From positions 445,256 through 509,255 of the forward strand of contig CAXBBG010000001.1 in NCBI GenBank assembly GCA_963974105.1: a DNA stretch of 64,000 nt, in the 5' to 3' direction. Below the pieces are notes generated by a model that was not told the origin of the DNA, searched no databases, and was given only the letters and a program-made list of their open reading frames with translations. Shown here one piece after another: positions 1-11,690 of this stretch. This stretch comes from an uncultured Magnetococcales bacterium (GTDB lineage: Bacteria > Pseudomonadota > Alphaproteobacteria > UBA2136). The number at the start of each line of letters is the position of its first letter. Position 1 is the first letter of the stretch. The position numbers were made by a program, and so were the translations under genes.

Positions 1-171
1 AACATTATCCAGATACATAGAGTTTGTATTGTCTTTTGAGATTTCTTTAAAGACCGAAACCTCCTTTGCCCATAACAATACGTTTTTTTCGCTCAAAGCA
101 ATAGCTTGTGATAACGCCGTGCCCCAAGCACCCGCTCCAATTACACCAATTTTTTTTGACATCGCTTTAAT
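1..171 (-). CDS. gpsA: Glycerol-3-phosphate dehydrogenase [NAD(P)+], N-terminal part (gene continues beyond window start)
   Basis: Minus-strand translation from ATG at 171 reads MSKKIGVIGAGAWGTALSQAIA..., the classic GpsA Rossmann N-terminus (GxGxxG). It lies 15 nt downstream of the tsaD stop. The plus-strand ORF 29..244 is antisense to it. Confidence 0.75.
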   Translation of the reverse strand, partial: MKAMSKKIGVIGAGAWGTALSQAIALSEKNVLLWAKEVSVFKEISKDNTNSMYLDNV

Positions 172-186
172 ATATTCCCTGTATAT

Positions 187-1221
187 CTATAAACTTAATT
201 TATCTAAAGGCCAACGAGGAACAGCTTTAAAATTTTCAAGTTGAGTCGGTTTTGATCCACTTAATAAACGTAACCCTCCAGCATATGCTATCATAACAGC
301 ATTATCTGTGCATAAGTTTATGGGAGGTGCATGGAATGTCACGCCTTTTTCATTACAAAGGCTGTTTAAACGAGAGCGCAGTAACTTATTTGCCGCAACA
401 CCACCAGCGAGAACAAAGTCAGCACAACCGCATAATTCCATAGCTTTTTTGGTTTTATACTCAAGTGTCAAAGCAACGGTTTCTTGAAAAGAAGCACAAA
501 GATCAGAAATATCTTGTTCTGATAAAGGGTTCTCTTCTTCTATAAGCTGTATTTTTCTGCGTACTGCTGATTTTAGACCTGAAAAAGAGAAGTTAACAGA
601 ACCATCTCTTAATGAAATAGGTAAATCATAAGCTTTAGGATTACCATGAACAGAAAGGCGTTCAATATTGGGGCCTCCTGGGTAAGAAAGACCAAGCATC
701 TTTGCGACTTTATCAAAGCACTCACCAATAGAATCATCAATTGTAGCGCCGAGGGTGTTATAGTCAGCTAGGTCTTTTACATGAATAAACTGACAATGCC
801 CACCACTTACGAGTAGCAACAAATAAGGAAAGTTCAACTCTTCGGTTAAATGAGCTGTCAAGGCATGGCCTTCAAGATGGTTGACACCGATAAGGGGTAC
901 TCCAGAAATAAGGTGTAAAGATTTTGCAAAACTAGTCCCCACTAAAAGACCTCCGAGTAGGCCAGGTCCTTGGGTGACCGAAATGGCGTCGAGATCCTTT
1001 AAGGACATGTTGGCATCCTTAAGTGCTATTTTTACAATTTCGTCTATGCGCTCCATGTGAGCACGCGAAGCAATTTCAGGCACGACTCCACCGTACTCAA
1101 TATGCTCTTCTGTTTGTGAGTAAACAACGTTAGAAATGATGCAACTTTGTTGCTTCAAAGACACGTTTAAAATTGCAGCAGCTGTTTCGTCACAAGAGGA
1201 CTCTATACCTAAAATTTTCAT
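187..1221 (-). CDS. tsaD: tRNA N6-adenosine threonylcarbamoyltransferase TsaD (Kae1/Gcp/YgjD family)
   Basis: 344 aa starting MKILGIESSCDETAAAIL..., with HMERID...GVNHLEGHAL metal-binding motifs and full-length similarity to the TsaD/Kae1 family. Confidence 0.9.
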   Translation of the reverse strand: MKILGIESSCDETAAAILNVSLKQQSCIISNVVYSQTEEHIEYGGVVPEIASRAHMERIDEIVKIALKDANMSLKDLDAISVTQGPGLLGGLLVGTSFAKSLHLISGVPLIGVNHLEGHALTAHLTEELNFPYLLLLVSGGHCQFIHVKDLADYNTLGATIDDSIGECFDKVAKMLGLSYPGGPNIERLSVHGNPKAYDLPISLRDGSVNFSFSGLKSAVRRKIQLIEEENPLSEQDISDLCASFQETVALTLEYKTKKAMELCGCADFVLAGGVAANKLLRSRLNSLCNEKGVTFHAPPINLCTDNAVMIAYAGGLRLLSGSKPTQLENFKAVPRWPLDKLSL

Positions 1222-1619
1222 ATGATCATTATACAGAGATTGATGGAAATGTGGAGCTTTTTTTGTGTAAATTCTACACCGTAAAGAAGGAGGTAATTGT
1301 GAGTGTTTTTAGTTTATGTAAGTGGGTATATACCACTATTTAATGTAAGTATGTATATACATACCAAGTGTAACCTATTGTATTTAATGTTCAATGTGTA
1401 ATAGTGTAAAAATAACCTTAAGGTGTTAATGGCTTTATATATTTGTGTTGATCTATAAAATAAAGCACAGTGTATTTATAATAGGGAGTGTTGAGCCAGA
1501 GGGTATGTACTATAATGATATATAATTTTACCGCTATAATCTTCGGCTAAAATTACAACATTATGCGAAGCTTTGTAGGGGGTAAAGGGTGAGAAGAAAG
1601 GGTGGAGAGTGGATAAATG

Positions 1620-2447
1620 TCACACTGTTTGGGTCTGACAATTTGGGCAAAAAAAGGTGCTTCTTCCACCTTGTTTTTGACGTAAAATAGTACTACAACA
1701 GGTGTCGCAAATTTGCCCATTTTTGCCATAAATTTTGAAGTTGTGCTGAAAGTATCCAAGGGTACCATCGGCCTGTTTGTGGTCTTTAAGGGAAGAGCCT
1801 CCTGCTTCTATAGCGCTTTTAAGTGTGCTTATAATGGCATTATGAAGGCGAATGATGTCGGAATGAGTGAGGTATTTTGATGGTATAAATGGCGAAATAG
1901 CAGCGGAAAACAAGGCCTCGCAAGCATAAATATTTCCAATGCCTACAATAAGGCGGTTGTCCATGATTACTGTTTTGATGGGGCGATTTGTGTTTGCGGT
2001 TATAGATGCTAGCTGTTCTAAAGTAAATTTGCTTTAAAGTGGCTCTATACCTAGGTTTTTTATGTATTTAAGGGTGTTTAATGTGGCAGTCGGTTGGATA
2101 TCATAAAAACCAAAACGCCTTGGGTCGTTAAAGTGAAGGCTAATATTGTTAAAATCTATAACCAGGTGATCATGTTTATTATGCGAAGTAATGGCAGGTT
2201 GCATGGTCAAACTCCCACTCATACCAAGGTGTATAATTAAAGTATTATGCGAACTTAAGTTGATGTATAGATATTTTGAACGCCTCTCAATAGATGTTAT
2301 AGTTTGACCTTCAAGCAATTTTTTACTATTTACAGGTGCATCTATTCGCATGTTTCTGCGGTTTATATGGGCAGTTTTAATTACCCTGCCGACTATATGT
2401 GGGCTGAGTCCATTTTTAACTGTTTCTACTTCTGGCAATTCTGGCAT
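1620..2447 (-). pseudogene. fpg: Formamidopyrimidine-DNA glycosylase (Fpg/MutM) interrupted by one in-frame TAA
   Basis: The N-terminal piece starts MPELPEVETV (catalytic Pro2/Glu3). The C-terminal piece carries MDNRLIVGIGNIYACEALF and the CxxC...CxxC zinc finger. Both ORFs are in the same frame, separated only by TAA at 2034..2036 (minus strand). Translating through gives ...GIEPL*SKFTLEQLASITANTNRPIKTVIMDNRL..., which is colinear with E. coli Fpg (...EPLSDDF...). Confidence 0.7.
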
Positions 2448-2495
2448 AATACTTATATAGTGTGCCTTATTGTAAACTTCAAGAGGTGGGTAATT

Positions 2496-3902
2496 ATGTC
2501 TTTTATTAAAGGTGATACTGTTGTTGCAATGGCTACTGCGCCATTGGCTGCTGGTGTGGCTGTTATACGGATTTCTGGTCCAAAGGCGAAGGGGATTGTA
2601 AATGAGCTGTGCCCCTCGTTTGCAAATGCTCAGCCTCGGTTTATGCACTATGGAAAATTAATTGATAGAAATTCTACCTTATTAGACGAGACGCTTATGG
2701 TTTACTTCAAAGCACCGCATAGCTTTACAGGTGAGGATGTTGTAGAAATAAACTGTCATGGCGGTGTTGCAGTTGTGGATGGTTTGTTGAATGCATTAAT
2801 GGCAAATGATGGCGTACGTCATGCTGAGGCTGGTGAATTCACAAGACGTGCTTTTATGAATGATAAAATGGATTTAACAGCCGCAGAAGGGGTTGCTGAC
2901 CTTGTTGCAGCGGAGACTGAAGAGCAGAAAAAGCAAGCATTAAGTCAAATGAAAGGTGAGCTGGGTGTTGGTTTTGAGCGTTGGAGGTCACGTATTATAC
3001 ATATGTTAGCGCATAGTGAGGCGGCGATAGATTTCCCAGATGAAGAGTTGGATGTATTGGCTGATGCGGGGGTGAAACTTAAGGTTGATGAGATTATCGC
3101 AGATTTAGAGGCTGCGATTGATACAGATGTTGGTTGTCGTTTACGTGATGGTTTTAAGGTTGTAATAATTGGCAAGCCAAATGCAGGTAAATCAAGTTTA
3201 ACCAATTTGTTAACTGGTAAGGATACAGCTATTGTTAGTGCGATTGAAGGTACAACAAGGGATGTAATTGACACGAGGCTTGATGTGAATGGTTACCCTA
3301 TCATCCTATCGGATACAGCAGGTATCCGTGAAACGCAAGATGAGATTGAAAGGGAAGGTGTTAGTCGCGCTAAACGTAAGGTAGACGAAGCTGATTTAGT
3401 AATATTGGTGACGGATGGCACGCAGTGGCCAGATGTAGATGCGGATCTTGTTGGTTTGTTAAAAGTGAAAAGATCTATGGTAATTTTTAGCAAATCTGAC
3501 AAATTAAACCAAAAGGTAAATTGTGAGGCTGGTTTTGTATTTAACAATAAGGTTGAATTAAAGGGCGAAGAATATCCTGCCTATAGCGTTAACCTGACAG
3601 CCGCTGATTGTTTGCCTGTAATTTTAAATGCTTTGGGTGAGCTTGTTTCAAGTTTGTTTGCCCAAAGTCAGCAAGGGGCAAGGCTTTCAAGGGAGAGGCA
3701 TAGAGAGGCAGTGCGATCGGCTCTTGTGCATTTGTATAGAGCACGTGATTTGTTTGAGGGTAATGATTTTGGTTTGTCTTTAAGTGAGTTGTTGGCTCAA
3801 GACTTGCGTGATGCTGCAGCGGCCATTGGCACCGTGACAGGAAAGACAGATACAGAAGATGTGCTTGATTTAGTATTTAGTACGTTTTGTATTGGTAAAT
3901 AG
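2496..3902 (+). CDS. mnmE: tRNA modification GTPase MnmE (TrmE)
   Basis: Starts MSFIKGDTVVAMATAPLAAGVAVIRISG. G-domain motifs GKPNAGKSSL and DTAG are present, and it ends with the C-terminal CIGK motif. The ORF track begins at a TTG at 2304, but the conserved N-terminus and a 48-bp divergent gap to fpg favour the ATG at 2496. Confidence 0.9.
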   Translation: MSFIKGDTVVAMATAPLAAGVAVIRISGPKAKGIVNELCPSFANAQPRFMHYGKLIDRNSTLLDETLMVYFKAPHSFTGEDVVEINCHGGVAVVDGLLNALMANDGVRHAEAGEFTRRAFMNDKMDLTAAEGVADLVAAETEEQKKQALSQMKGELGVGFERWRSRIIHMLAHSEAAIDFPDEELDVLADAGVKLKVDEIIADLEAAIDTDVGCRLRDGFKVVIIGKPNAGKSSLTNLLTGKDTAIVSAIEGTTRDVIDTRLDVNGYPIILSDTAGIRETQDEIEREGVSRAKRKVDEADLVILVTDGTQWPDVDADLVGLLKVKRSMVIFSKSDKLNQKVNCEAGFVFNNKVELKGEEYPAYSVNLTAADCLPVILNALGELVSSLFAQSQQGARLSRERHREAVRSALVHLYRARDLFEGNDFGLSLSELLAQDLRDAAAAIGTVTGKTDTEDVLDLVFSTFCIGK

Positions 3903-3918
3903 TAAACCTTTTGGTTTA

Positions 3919-4557
3919 TTATCCAATGTTACGCCATTCATTATGCCATTTTAGCCCATCTTCTCCAGAGAGTTGTTCTATAATGGATAGAGTTTTGTGC
4001 TCAGATTCAAGTGTTGTGCAGTCCGTATTTATAATGTGATCTGATCTTTCCAAATATTCAGACATAGGCATTTGCTTTTGAGATATGAAATTCCATTTTT
4101 CTTGGGTATTTTCTTGACGCTCCATAAATCGATGGTAACGCTTTTCCTCTACGCATGAACAAACGGCTATGCTGTCACAGAGCTCGTTAAATTTATTTTC
4201 AAACATAAGCGGTACAGCTAAAACTGCCATTTTACTTCTATTGCTATAGGCGTGTGTAAGTTGGTACTTCATAACCAGCCTTACTTGTGGGTGTACGATG
4301 CCTTCAATTTCTTTAAGTAATTCGGAGTCGTGTTTGATAATTTCAATAAGAGATTTGCGGTTTATATTTCCAGAAGTAGGGTCTATTATAGACGCGCCAA
4401 AGCGCTCTACAAGCTGTAGAAATACAGGTGTTCCCTTGGTGTAACAGTCATAAACGATTGTATCTGCATCGATAACAGGTATGCCTTCGCGTGCAAATAT
4501 TTGGGAGATCGTTGATTTCCCGCTTGCTATAGGGCCTGTGAGTCCAAGGATATACAT
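3919..4557 (-). CDS. coaE: Dephospho-CoA kinase
   Basis: MYILGLTGPIASGKSTISQIF is the CoaE P-loop N-terminus. The ~210 aa length is typical. Confidence 0.85.
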   Translation of the reverse strand: MYILGLTGPIASGKSTISQIFAREGIPVIDADTIVYDCYTKGTPVFLQLVERFGASIIDPTSGNINRKSLIEIIKHDSELLKEIEGIVHPQVRLVMKYQLTHAYSNRSKMAVLAVPLMFENKFNELCDSIAVCSCVEEKRYHRFMERQENTQEKWNFISQKQMPMSEYLERSDHIINTDCTTLESEHKTLSIIEQLSGEDGLKWHNEWRNIG

Positions 4558-4572
4558 CGTTTTACCTTTTGG

Positions 4573-5208
4573 TTAAATTAATATTTTTAGCTCGTATAGT
4601 TTGTTTATAAGTGCATTTATGGGTAAACCTATAATTGTATGATAGTTACCTGTTACGCTTTTGAGAATATGTGGGGCAAGTGGGCTTTCTATTTTGCAAG
4701 CGCCTGCGATACCTATAACGCCGCCAGTTTCACTGGCTTCTTCAAGGTCAACATACTTTTCAGCTTCACGCATGCTAAAGTTTCTAAATTGTATAGTTGG
4801 TTCCTCTTGGTGCTGCCATATAACTTCACCGTTTATGCAAAGGGTGGCAGAGGTGATGAGTTGGCATGTGATACCGGATTGGCTGGTGAGTTGACCTATG
4901 GCTTCTGCTCTGTTTTTAGGTTTTGAGGTAAGTTCGTTGTTTATAACGCAGGCTTGGTCGCCAGATAATACATAAACATCGGGGTATTTTTTAGAAATTT
5001 CTAAGCCTTTATGGTTTGATATAGCTGTGACTTGATCGGAGATGTTTAAATGATTAACCGTTTGTTTGAACGACTCCTCTTGTGCGTCCTTTACAAGGTT
5101 TTTTCCAATGTGATAGCTAATATTTGCAAAGTCTAATACTTGCTTTCTTCCATAAGAATTTGATGCGAGGACTAATTTTTCAACTTGTTTAAACATTTGG
5201 TTAATCAA
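4573..5208 (-). CDS. maf: Maf-like nucleoside triphosphate pyrophosphatase (septum formation protein Maf family)
   Basis: LVLASNSYGRKQVLD near the N-terminus matches the Maf signature (LILAS.SPRR). It lies immediately upstream of coaE, a conserved pairing. Confidence 0.8.
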   Translation of the reverse strand: MINQMFKQVEKLVLASNSYGRKQVLDFANISYHIGKNLVKDAQEESFKQTVNHLNISDQVTAISNHKGLEISKKYPDVYVLSGDQACVINNELTSKPKNRAEAIGQLTSQSGITCQLITSATLCINGEVIWQHQEEPTIQFRNFSMREAEKYVDLEEASETGGVIGIAGACKIESPLAPHILKSVTGNYHTIIGLPINALINKLYELKILI

Positions 5209-5653
5209 CTCCTAGTACAAGTCTATTTTTAACAACCCATCCACTTACGTTGCCGTAAACAACTTTGCATAAATAGGGTGTGCAATGGTCAATTGCTAAT
5301 ATGACATTTGGCGCAAATCTTAAAACAGGTTTGGTGGCATCAGGCTTTTTATACATCACAAGTGGCTTGCCTTCACTCACGAGGCTTGTGCGCCTTTTTG
5401 ACAGTAGGCCTTTGTATATCCAACCGCTCTCACCTTCTATGTCCCTAATTTTATACCATGACTGGTATGTGTTTAGTATTTCGACAGGGTAGCCAAAGCG
5501 TTTGTATACCCACAGGATAGGGAACTGTGTTCCAGGGCCACTACGTACATTTACCTCATTTTTTCGCATACTTCCAAACATGGTATCCATGTCTGTTTCC
5601 TGTGCTGTGACAGGAAGTGTGTAGAGGCATAGAATTATAAGTAAAAATCGCAT
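5201..5653 (-). CDS. Secreted SH3b-domain protein
   Basis: Has an N-terminal signal peptide (MRFLLIILCLYTLPVTAQE) and two SH3b-like segments (VNVRSGPGTQFPILWVYKRFGYPVEIL...WYKI; VVYGNVSGWVVKNRLV). Its 3' end overlaps the maf start by 8 nt. Confidence 0.65.
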   Translation of the reverse strand: MRFLLIILCLYTLPVTAQETDMDTMFGSMRKNEVNVRSGPGTQFPILWVYKRFGYPVEILNTYQSWYKIRDIEGESGWIYKGLLSKRRTSLVSEGKPLVMYKKPDATKPVLRFAPNVILAIDHCTPYLCKVVYGNVSGWVVKNRLVLGVD

Positions 5654-5828
5654 GGGTGGTTCCTGTTGTTAATATATTTTGATCATTATGACAGAAAGCA
5701 ACCAAAAAATCATTGGTTTTGTTCGTAGATTTTTATGTATTAAGTTGGTTTTCTTAAGGCTTTGTTGTGGCGCAGTTATGTTTTTTTGTGCGTCTTTATA
5801 GGTTGGCTGTGGAGCTATTATAGCTTTG

Positions 5829-7352
5829 CTAATATGCAGTATATGGTATGTATCTATAGGCGAGTGCTTCCATGATGTGCTGTTTATTCAGCGTTTCTTC
5901 ACCATCTAAATCCGCAATCGTACGTGCGACCCTAAGTATACGATGGTAGCCGCGTGCGCTCATTGCATAGCGTTCGGCGGCTTTTTGAATTAGTACTTGG
6001 CACTCATCTGTAAGAGGGCAAAATTGGTCAAGTAAAGGGCCATAAAGCTCTGCATTTGATGTTATGTTTGTACCGTTATAGCGCTGTTTTTGAATCTCAC
6101 ATGCTTTTTCGACACGTAGGCGAATTTGCGTACTATTTTCTTTCGCTGGCGGCAGGTGCATTTCTTTAATAGAAACAGGAGCCACGTCAACGTGTAGGTC
6201 TATACGGTCGAGGAGCGGGCCTGAAAGTTTTGACCTGTAGTTTTGAATTTGCTTTGGAGTGCTTGTACATGCAATTTTTGGATGCCCTAAATATCCACAA
6301 GGAGACGGGTTCATCGCTGCGATGAGTTGAAATTTGGCTGGATAGGTGACGTGATGATTTGCACGTGAGACTGTAATCGAACCTGTTTCTAGGGGTTGGC
6401 GCAGTGTTTCGAGAACTTGTCTTGGGAACTCAGGGAGTTCGTCTAAAAATAGTATACCTTTATGTGCCAGCGACATTTCACCAGGCTTTGCTTTAATGCC
6501 GCCGCCGCAAAGTGCAACGGCTGATGCTGTGTGGTGTGGTTCTCTAAAAGGCTTTTCGCTAATTATACCTTCAAGGGGCATAAGCCCAGCTATGGAATGT
6601 ACCATAGATATATCTAACATGTCGGCCGAAGTCGGGGGTGGCATAATGGTTGATAGACGCGCGGCAATCATACTTTTTCCACTGCCAGGTGCCCCGCACA
6701 TTAACATATTGTGGCCGCCAGCTGCGGCAATTTCAGCTGCACGCTTCGCACTTTCTTGGCCGCGTATGTCGCTAAAATCTATTTTATTTTTGTGCGTTTG
6801 TGCTTTAGCACGTAGTTTTTGTTTTGTTGGTGTGATGGGGTTTTGCCCTTTAATATGTCCAAAAAGGTCATGAAGGGAGCTTATAGCGTAGGCGTCAACA
6901 TCGTCTATCCAAGCTGCTTCTGTAGCGTTTTCTTTTGGTATAAATAACTTTTCGATGCCTTTTGCATGGGCATGTATGGCTGCGGGCAAAGTGCCTAATA
7001 CAGGTTTCAAGCTGGCATCAAGACCTAGTTCACCCATAAAAAAGCTATTTTCTACCGTGTCTTGAGGGAGGGCTTTTAAAGCAACAAGTAAGCCTGTGGC
7101 TATAGGCAGGTCAAAGTGGTTGCCCTCTTTAAAAATATCAGCAGGGGAAAGGCTGACTGTAATGCGTTTTGCAGGTAAGGCAATGCCCATCGCGTGAAAA
7201 GCGCCGCGAATGCGTTCGCGTGATTCTTTGACAGCGCCATCAGGTAAGCCAACAATTTGAAAGCTGGCCATGCCTGGTGCAATTTGCACCTGAATATCTA
7301 CCGTGACGGCATTGATCCCTGAAAGTGTAATTGTTTTAACATGTGCAACCAT
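5829..7352 (-). CDS. comM: YifB/ComM-family Mg-chelatase-like AAA+ ATPase
   Basis: 507 aa with Walker A GAPGSGKS, Walker B ILFLDELPEF and the C-terminal ComM/YifB region. The N-terminal Lon-like domain is present. Confidence 0.85.
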   Translation of the reverse strand: MVAHVKTITLSGINAVTVDIQVQIAPGMASFQIVGLPDGAVKESRERIRGAFHAMGIALPAKRITVSLSPADIFKEGNHFDLPIATGLLVALKALPQDTVENSFFMGELGLDASLKPVLGTLPAAIHAHAKGIEKLFIPKENATEAAWIDDVDAYAISSLHDLFGHIKGQNPITPTKQKLRAKAQTHKNKIDFSDIRGQESAKRAAEIAAAGGHNMLMCGAPGSGKSMIAARLSTIMPPPTSADMLDISMVHSIAGLMPLEGIISEKPFREPHHTASAVALCGGGIKAKPGEMSLAHKGILFLDELPEFPRQVLETLRQPLETGSITVSRANHHVTYPAKFQLIAAMNPSPCGYLGHPKIACTSTPKQIQNYRSKLSGPLLDRIDLHVDVAPVSIKEMHLPPAKENSTQIRLRVEKACEIQKQRYNGTNITSNAELYGPLLDQFCPLTDECQVLIQKAAERYAMSARGYHRILRVARTIADLDGEETLNKQHIMEALAYRYIPYTAY

Positions 7353-7455
7353 GTTTAGAATGTAGCTTAATGAGTTATATTTTACAAGGGTTTGTATGCG
7401 CCTTTATTTTGTTTGTGGGTGTACACATAAGATATAAGAAGGAGTGATATATTTT

Positions 7456-7626
7456 ATGGTGAGTGAGTTAATGGAGCGTATTGCTTTAATTGCGCTTGAA
7501 AAAGAGGTGTCGGACAAGGTATTGGAATGCTTAAAATCTAATTTGAAGGCGGGTGTTGCAGGTGGTGTAGATCGGCAAGCTGAATTGATAGATAAAAAAA
7601 CTTATAAACACGCCAAAGATACATAA
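7456..7626 (+). CDS. Small hypothetical protein (56 aa)
   Basis: A strong AAGGAG Shine-Dalgarno sits 11 nt upstream of ATG 7456 (MVSELMERIALIALEKEV...). I recognise no domain. The track ORF starts earlier at a GTG (7444). Confidence 0.35.
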   Translation: MVSELMERIALIALEKEVSDKVLECLKSNLKAGVAGGVDRQAELIDKKTYKHAKDT

Positions 7627-7841
7627 TAAACTATCTGGTATATTACCATACGGTATATTATTTATTTATATTTAACTAAACGGTAAAATATAAATGGTAT
7701 TTGCTTAATCTTAAAAAAAAGTTTAAACTTTTAAGTAGTTAAATAAATACTTTTTCTTTTTGAAGACCCTTTCAGGGTTTATTACTCTAAATAACCGCTT
7801 TTTGCGGCCCACTTATCAACCGCGTTTGCGGAGGTTCTCTT

Positions 7842-8723
7842 ATGTTTACCAAATATGATGGTGCGTTAGCGCCTGTTGTACGCTGGTTAAATGTTAAGAA
7901 GAAAATTTTGACATTTTTAGTGTATATGCTTTATCTAACATTGTTTTTATTACCTGGTTACTTTGCAGGTTGGCAATATGAATTTTCTATATTAACGGTT
8001 TTTATACTGTTTTATGTTGGTTATATGGCGTATGAATTACGTAAAGCTGTAAAATTAGCAATTTCCGATCATGGTATCGATGTTTTAAATGCTTCTACAA
8101 GGTATGACTGTGTTACTTATATTGACCTTGTGGCGAAGGTTAATGCGCTTTGTAAGGCACACAACATTCAAAAGCCTGTTTGTTTAAAACTAACACATAG
8201 TTTAGGCGTTTGTGGTGCGGGTGTTACGGCTCTTCCTGAGGAATATAATATATATCTCTCTCCTGAGGTTCTCCATTTACCTGAACATGAAATTGACTTT
8301 ATTATAGGGCATGAATTTGGGCATGTTGTGAACAATGATATGCAATTAAATGTCAGAGGCCGTATAGTGAATATTCTGTTTTTATTACATGTTGGCTTTG
8401 TTTCTTTGGCGGACCTTAATTCGATATATCTACTGTTTTTTTCTGCTATTACCGTGGTGTTACTTTTTTTTATGAACGGTTTTAATGAGAGATGTCGTGA
8501 GTATTTGGCCGATATTTTTTCTGTTCAACTTAATGAAACAACATTGGGGGCTGAGTGTCATTTTAAGAGGATTTTCTCTTCTTATTTTAATAGTGATAAC
8601 TGCAGACGTCGTTACATTGTTCAGAGCTTTTTGTTGCAATCTCACCCATTGCCAGAACGGCGTTTGGCTTTTATTGAAAAGCTACGTTTGTTGATAGATA
8701 GAAACGTTAAACTATTAGGTTGA
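7842..8723 (+). CDS. M48-family (HtpX/Ste24-like) membrane zinc metallopeptidase, divergent
   Basis: Two N-terminal TM helices, then HEFGH (IIGHEFGHVVNND) and a downstream E..AD motif (NERCREYLADIF) as in M48 peptidases, then further TM segments. A GGAGG RBS precedes the ATG. Confidence 0.55.
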   Translation: MFTKYDGALAPVVRWLNVKKKILTFLVYMLYLTLFLLPGYFAGWQYEFSILTVFILFYVGYMAYELRKAVKLAISDHGIDVLNASTRYDCVTYIDLVAKVNALCKAHNIQKPVCLKLTHSLGVCGAGVTALPEEYNIYLSPEVLHLPEHEIDFIIGHEFGHVVNNDMQLNVRGRIVNILFLLHVGFVSLADLNSIYLLFFSAITVVLLFFMNGFNERCREYLADIFSVQLNETTLGAECHFKRIFSSYFNSDNCRRRYIVQSFLLQSHPLPERRLAFIEKLRLLIDRNVKLLG

Positions 8724-8810
8724 GTATTAAAGTGCTTGTACCGATCTTTGTTTTTTGATACATTTTAAATTCAATGATATATCTTTATCTTTTTAACACA
8801 CGTTCTTTCT

Positions 8811-9011
8811 TTGGAGGTGTTCTCTATGAAAGGTGCAAGAGCTATATGTACGCACTGCGGTTGCGATGATCTGTTTAAAATATCCCTTGTGGACAAGAAG
8901 GCGACATGTCCTGAATGTGGCACAGTTTACACGATTTTAAATCAAGAAGAGCATGAAAAAGCGCAGGCAGAAGGCAAGCGTCGTCGGCTTAAAAATCGCC
9001 CTTTGCCGTAA
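8811..9011 (+). CDS. Small zinc-ribbon protein (FmdB-like C4 ribbon) with basic C-terminal tail
   Basis: CTHCGCDD...CPECG forms two CxxC knuckles, and the protein ends KRRRLKNRPLP. The likely start is the MKGARAI Met at 8826. Confidence 0.4.
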   Translation: MEVFSMKGARAICTHCGCDDLFKISLVDKKATCPECGTVYTILNQEEHEKAQAEGKRRRLKNRPLP

Positions 9012-9013
9012 AT

Positions 9014-9056
9014 CGAAAAAAAAGAGGGCTATTAAGCCCTCTTTTTATTTTTTAAC
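9014..9056. terminator. Bidirectional rho-independent terminator between the zinc-ribbon gene and gyrB
   Basis: A-run, stem AGAGGGC, loop TATTAA, stem GCCCTCT, then a long T-run. It works on either strand. Confidence 0.75.
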
Positions 9057-9063
9057 CGTAAGG

Positions 9064-11565
<2,502 letters not shown>

Positions 11566-11637
11566 TTAAAACTGCCGTATTGTATCATTTTTTGTTGTTT
11601 GAATCTAAGAAAAACAATGATTTTTACCCTTAAAAGC

Positions 11638-11670
11638 AAAAAAAACCCACACTCAAAGAATGTGGGTTGC
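11638..11670 (-). terminator. Rho-independent terminator after the PMM-like gene (minus strand)
   Basis: Minus strand reads CCCACATTCTTTGAGTGTGGG followed by TTTTTTTT. Confidence 0.65.
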
Positions 11671-11690
11671 TCGAGGGGGTGTTTTGAGGC

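Noticed and set aside
29-244. 71-aa plus-strand ORF at the window start
   Set aside because: It lies antisense to the clearly recognisable GpsA N-terminus (MSKKIGVIGAGAWGTALSQ... on the minus strand) and has no RBS or domain. It is a spurious antisense ORF.
2304-2495. 64-codon N-terminal extension of mnmE from a TTG start
   Set aside because: The extension overlaps the divergent fpg start region and has Phe/Tyr/Trp/Cys-rich junk-like composition. The conserved MnmE N-terminus begins at the ATG at 2496.
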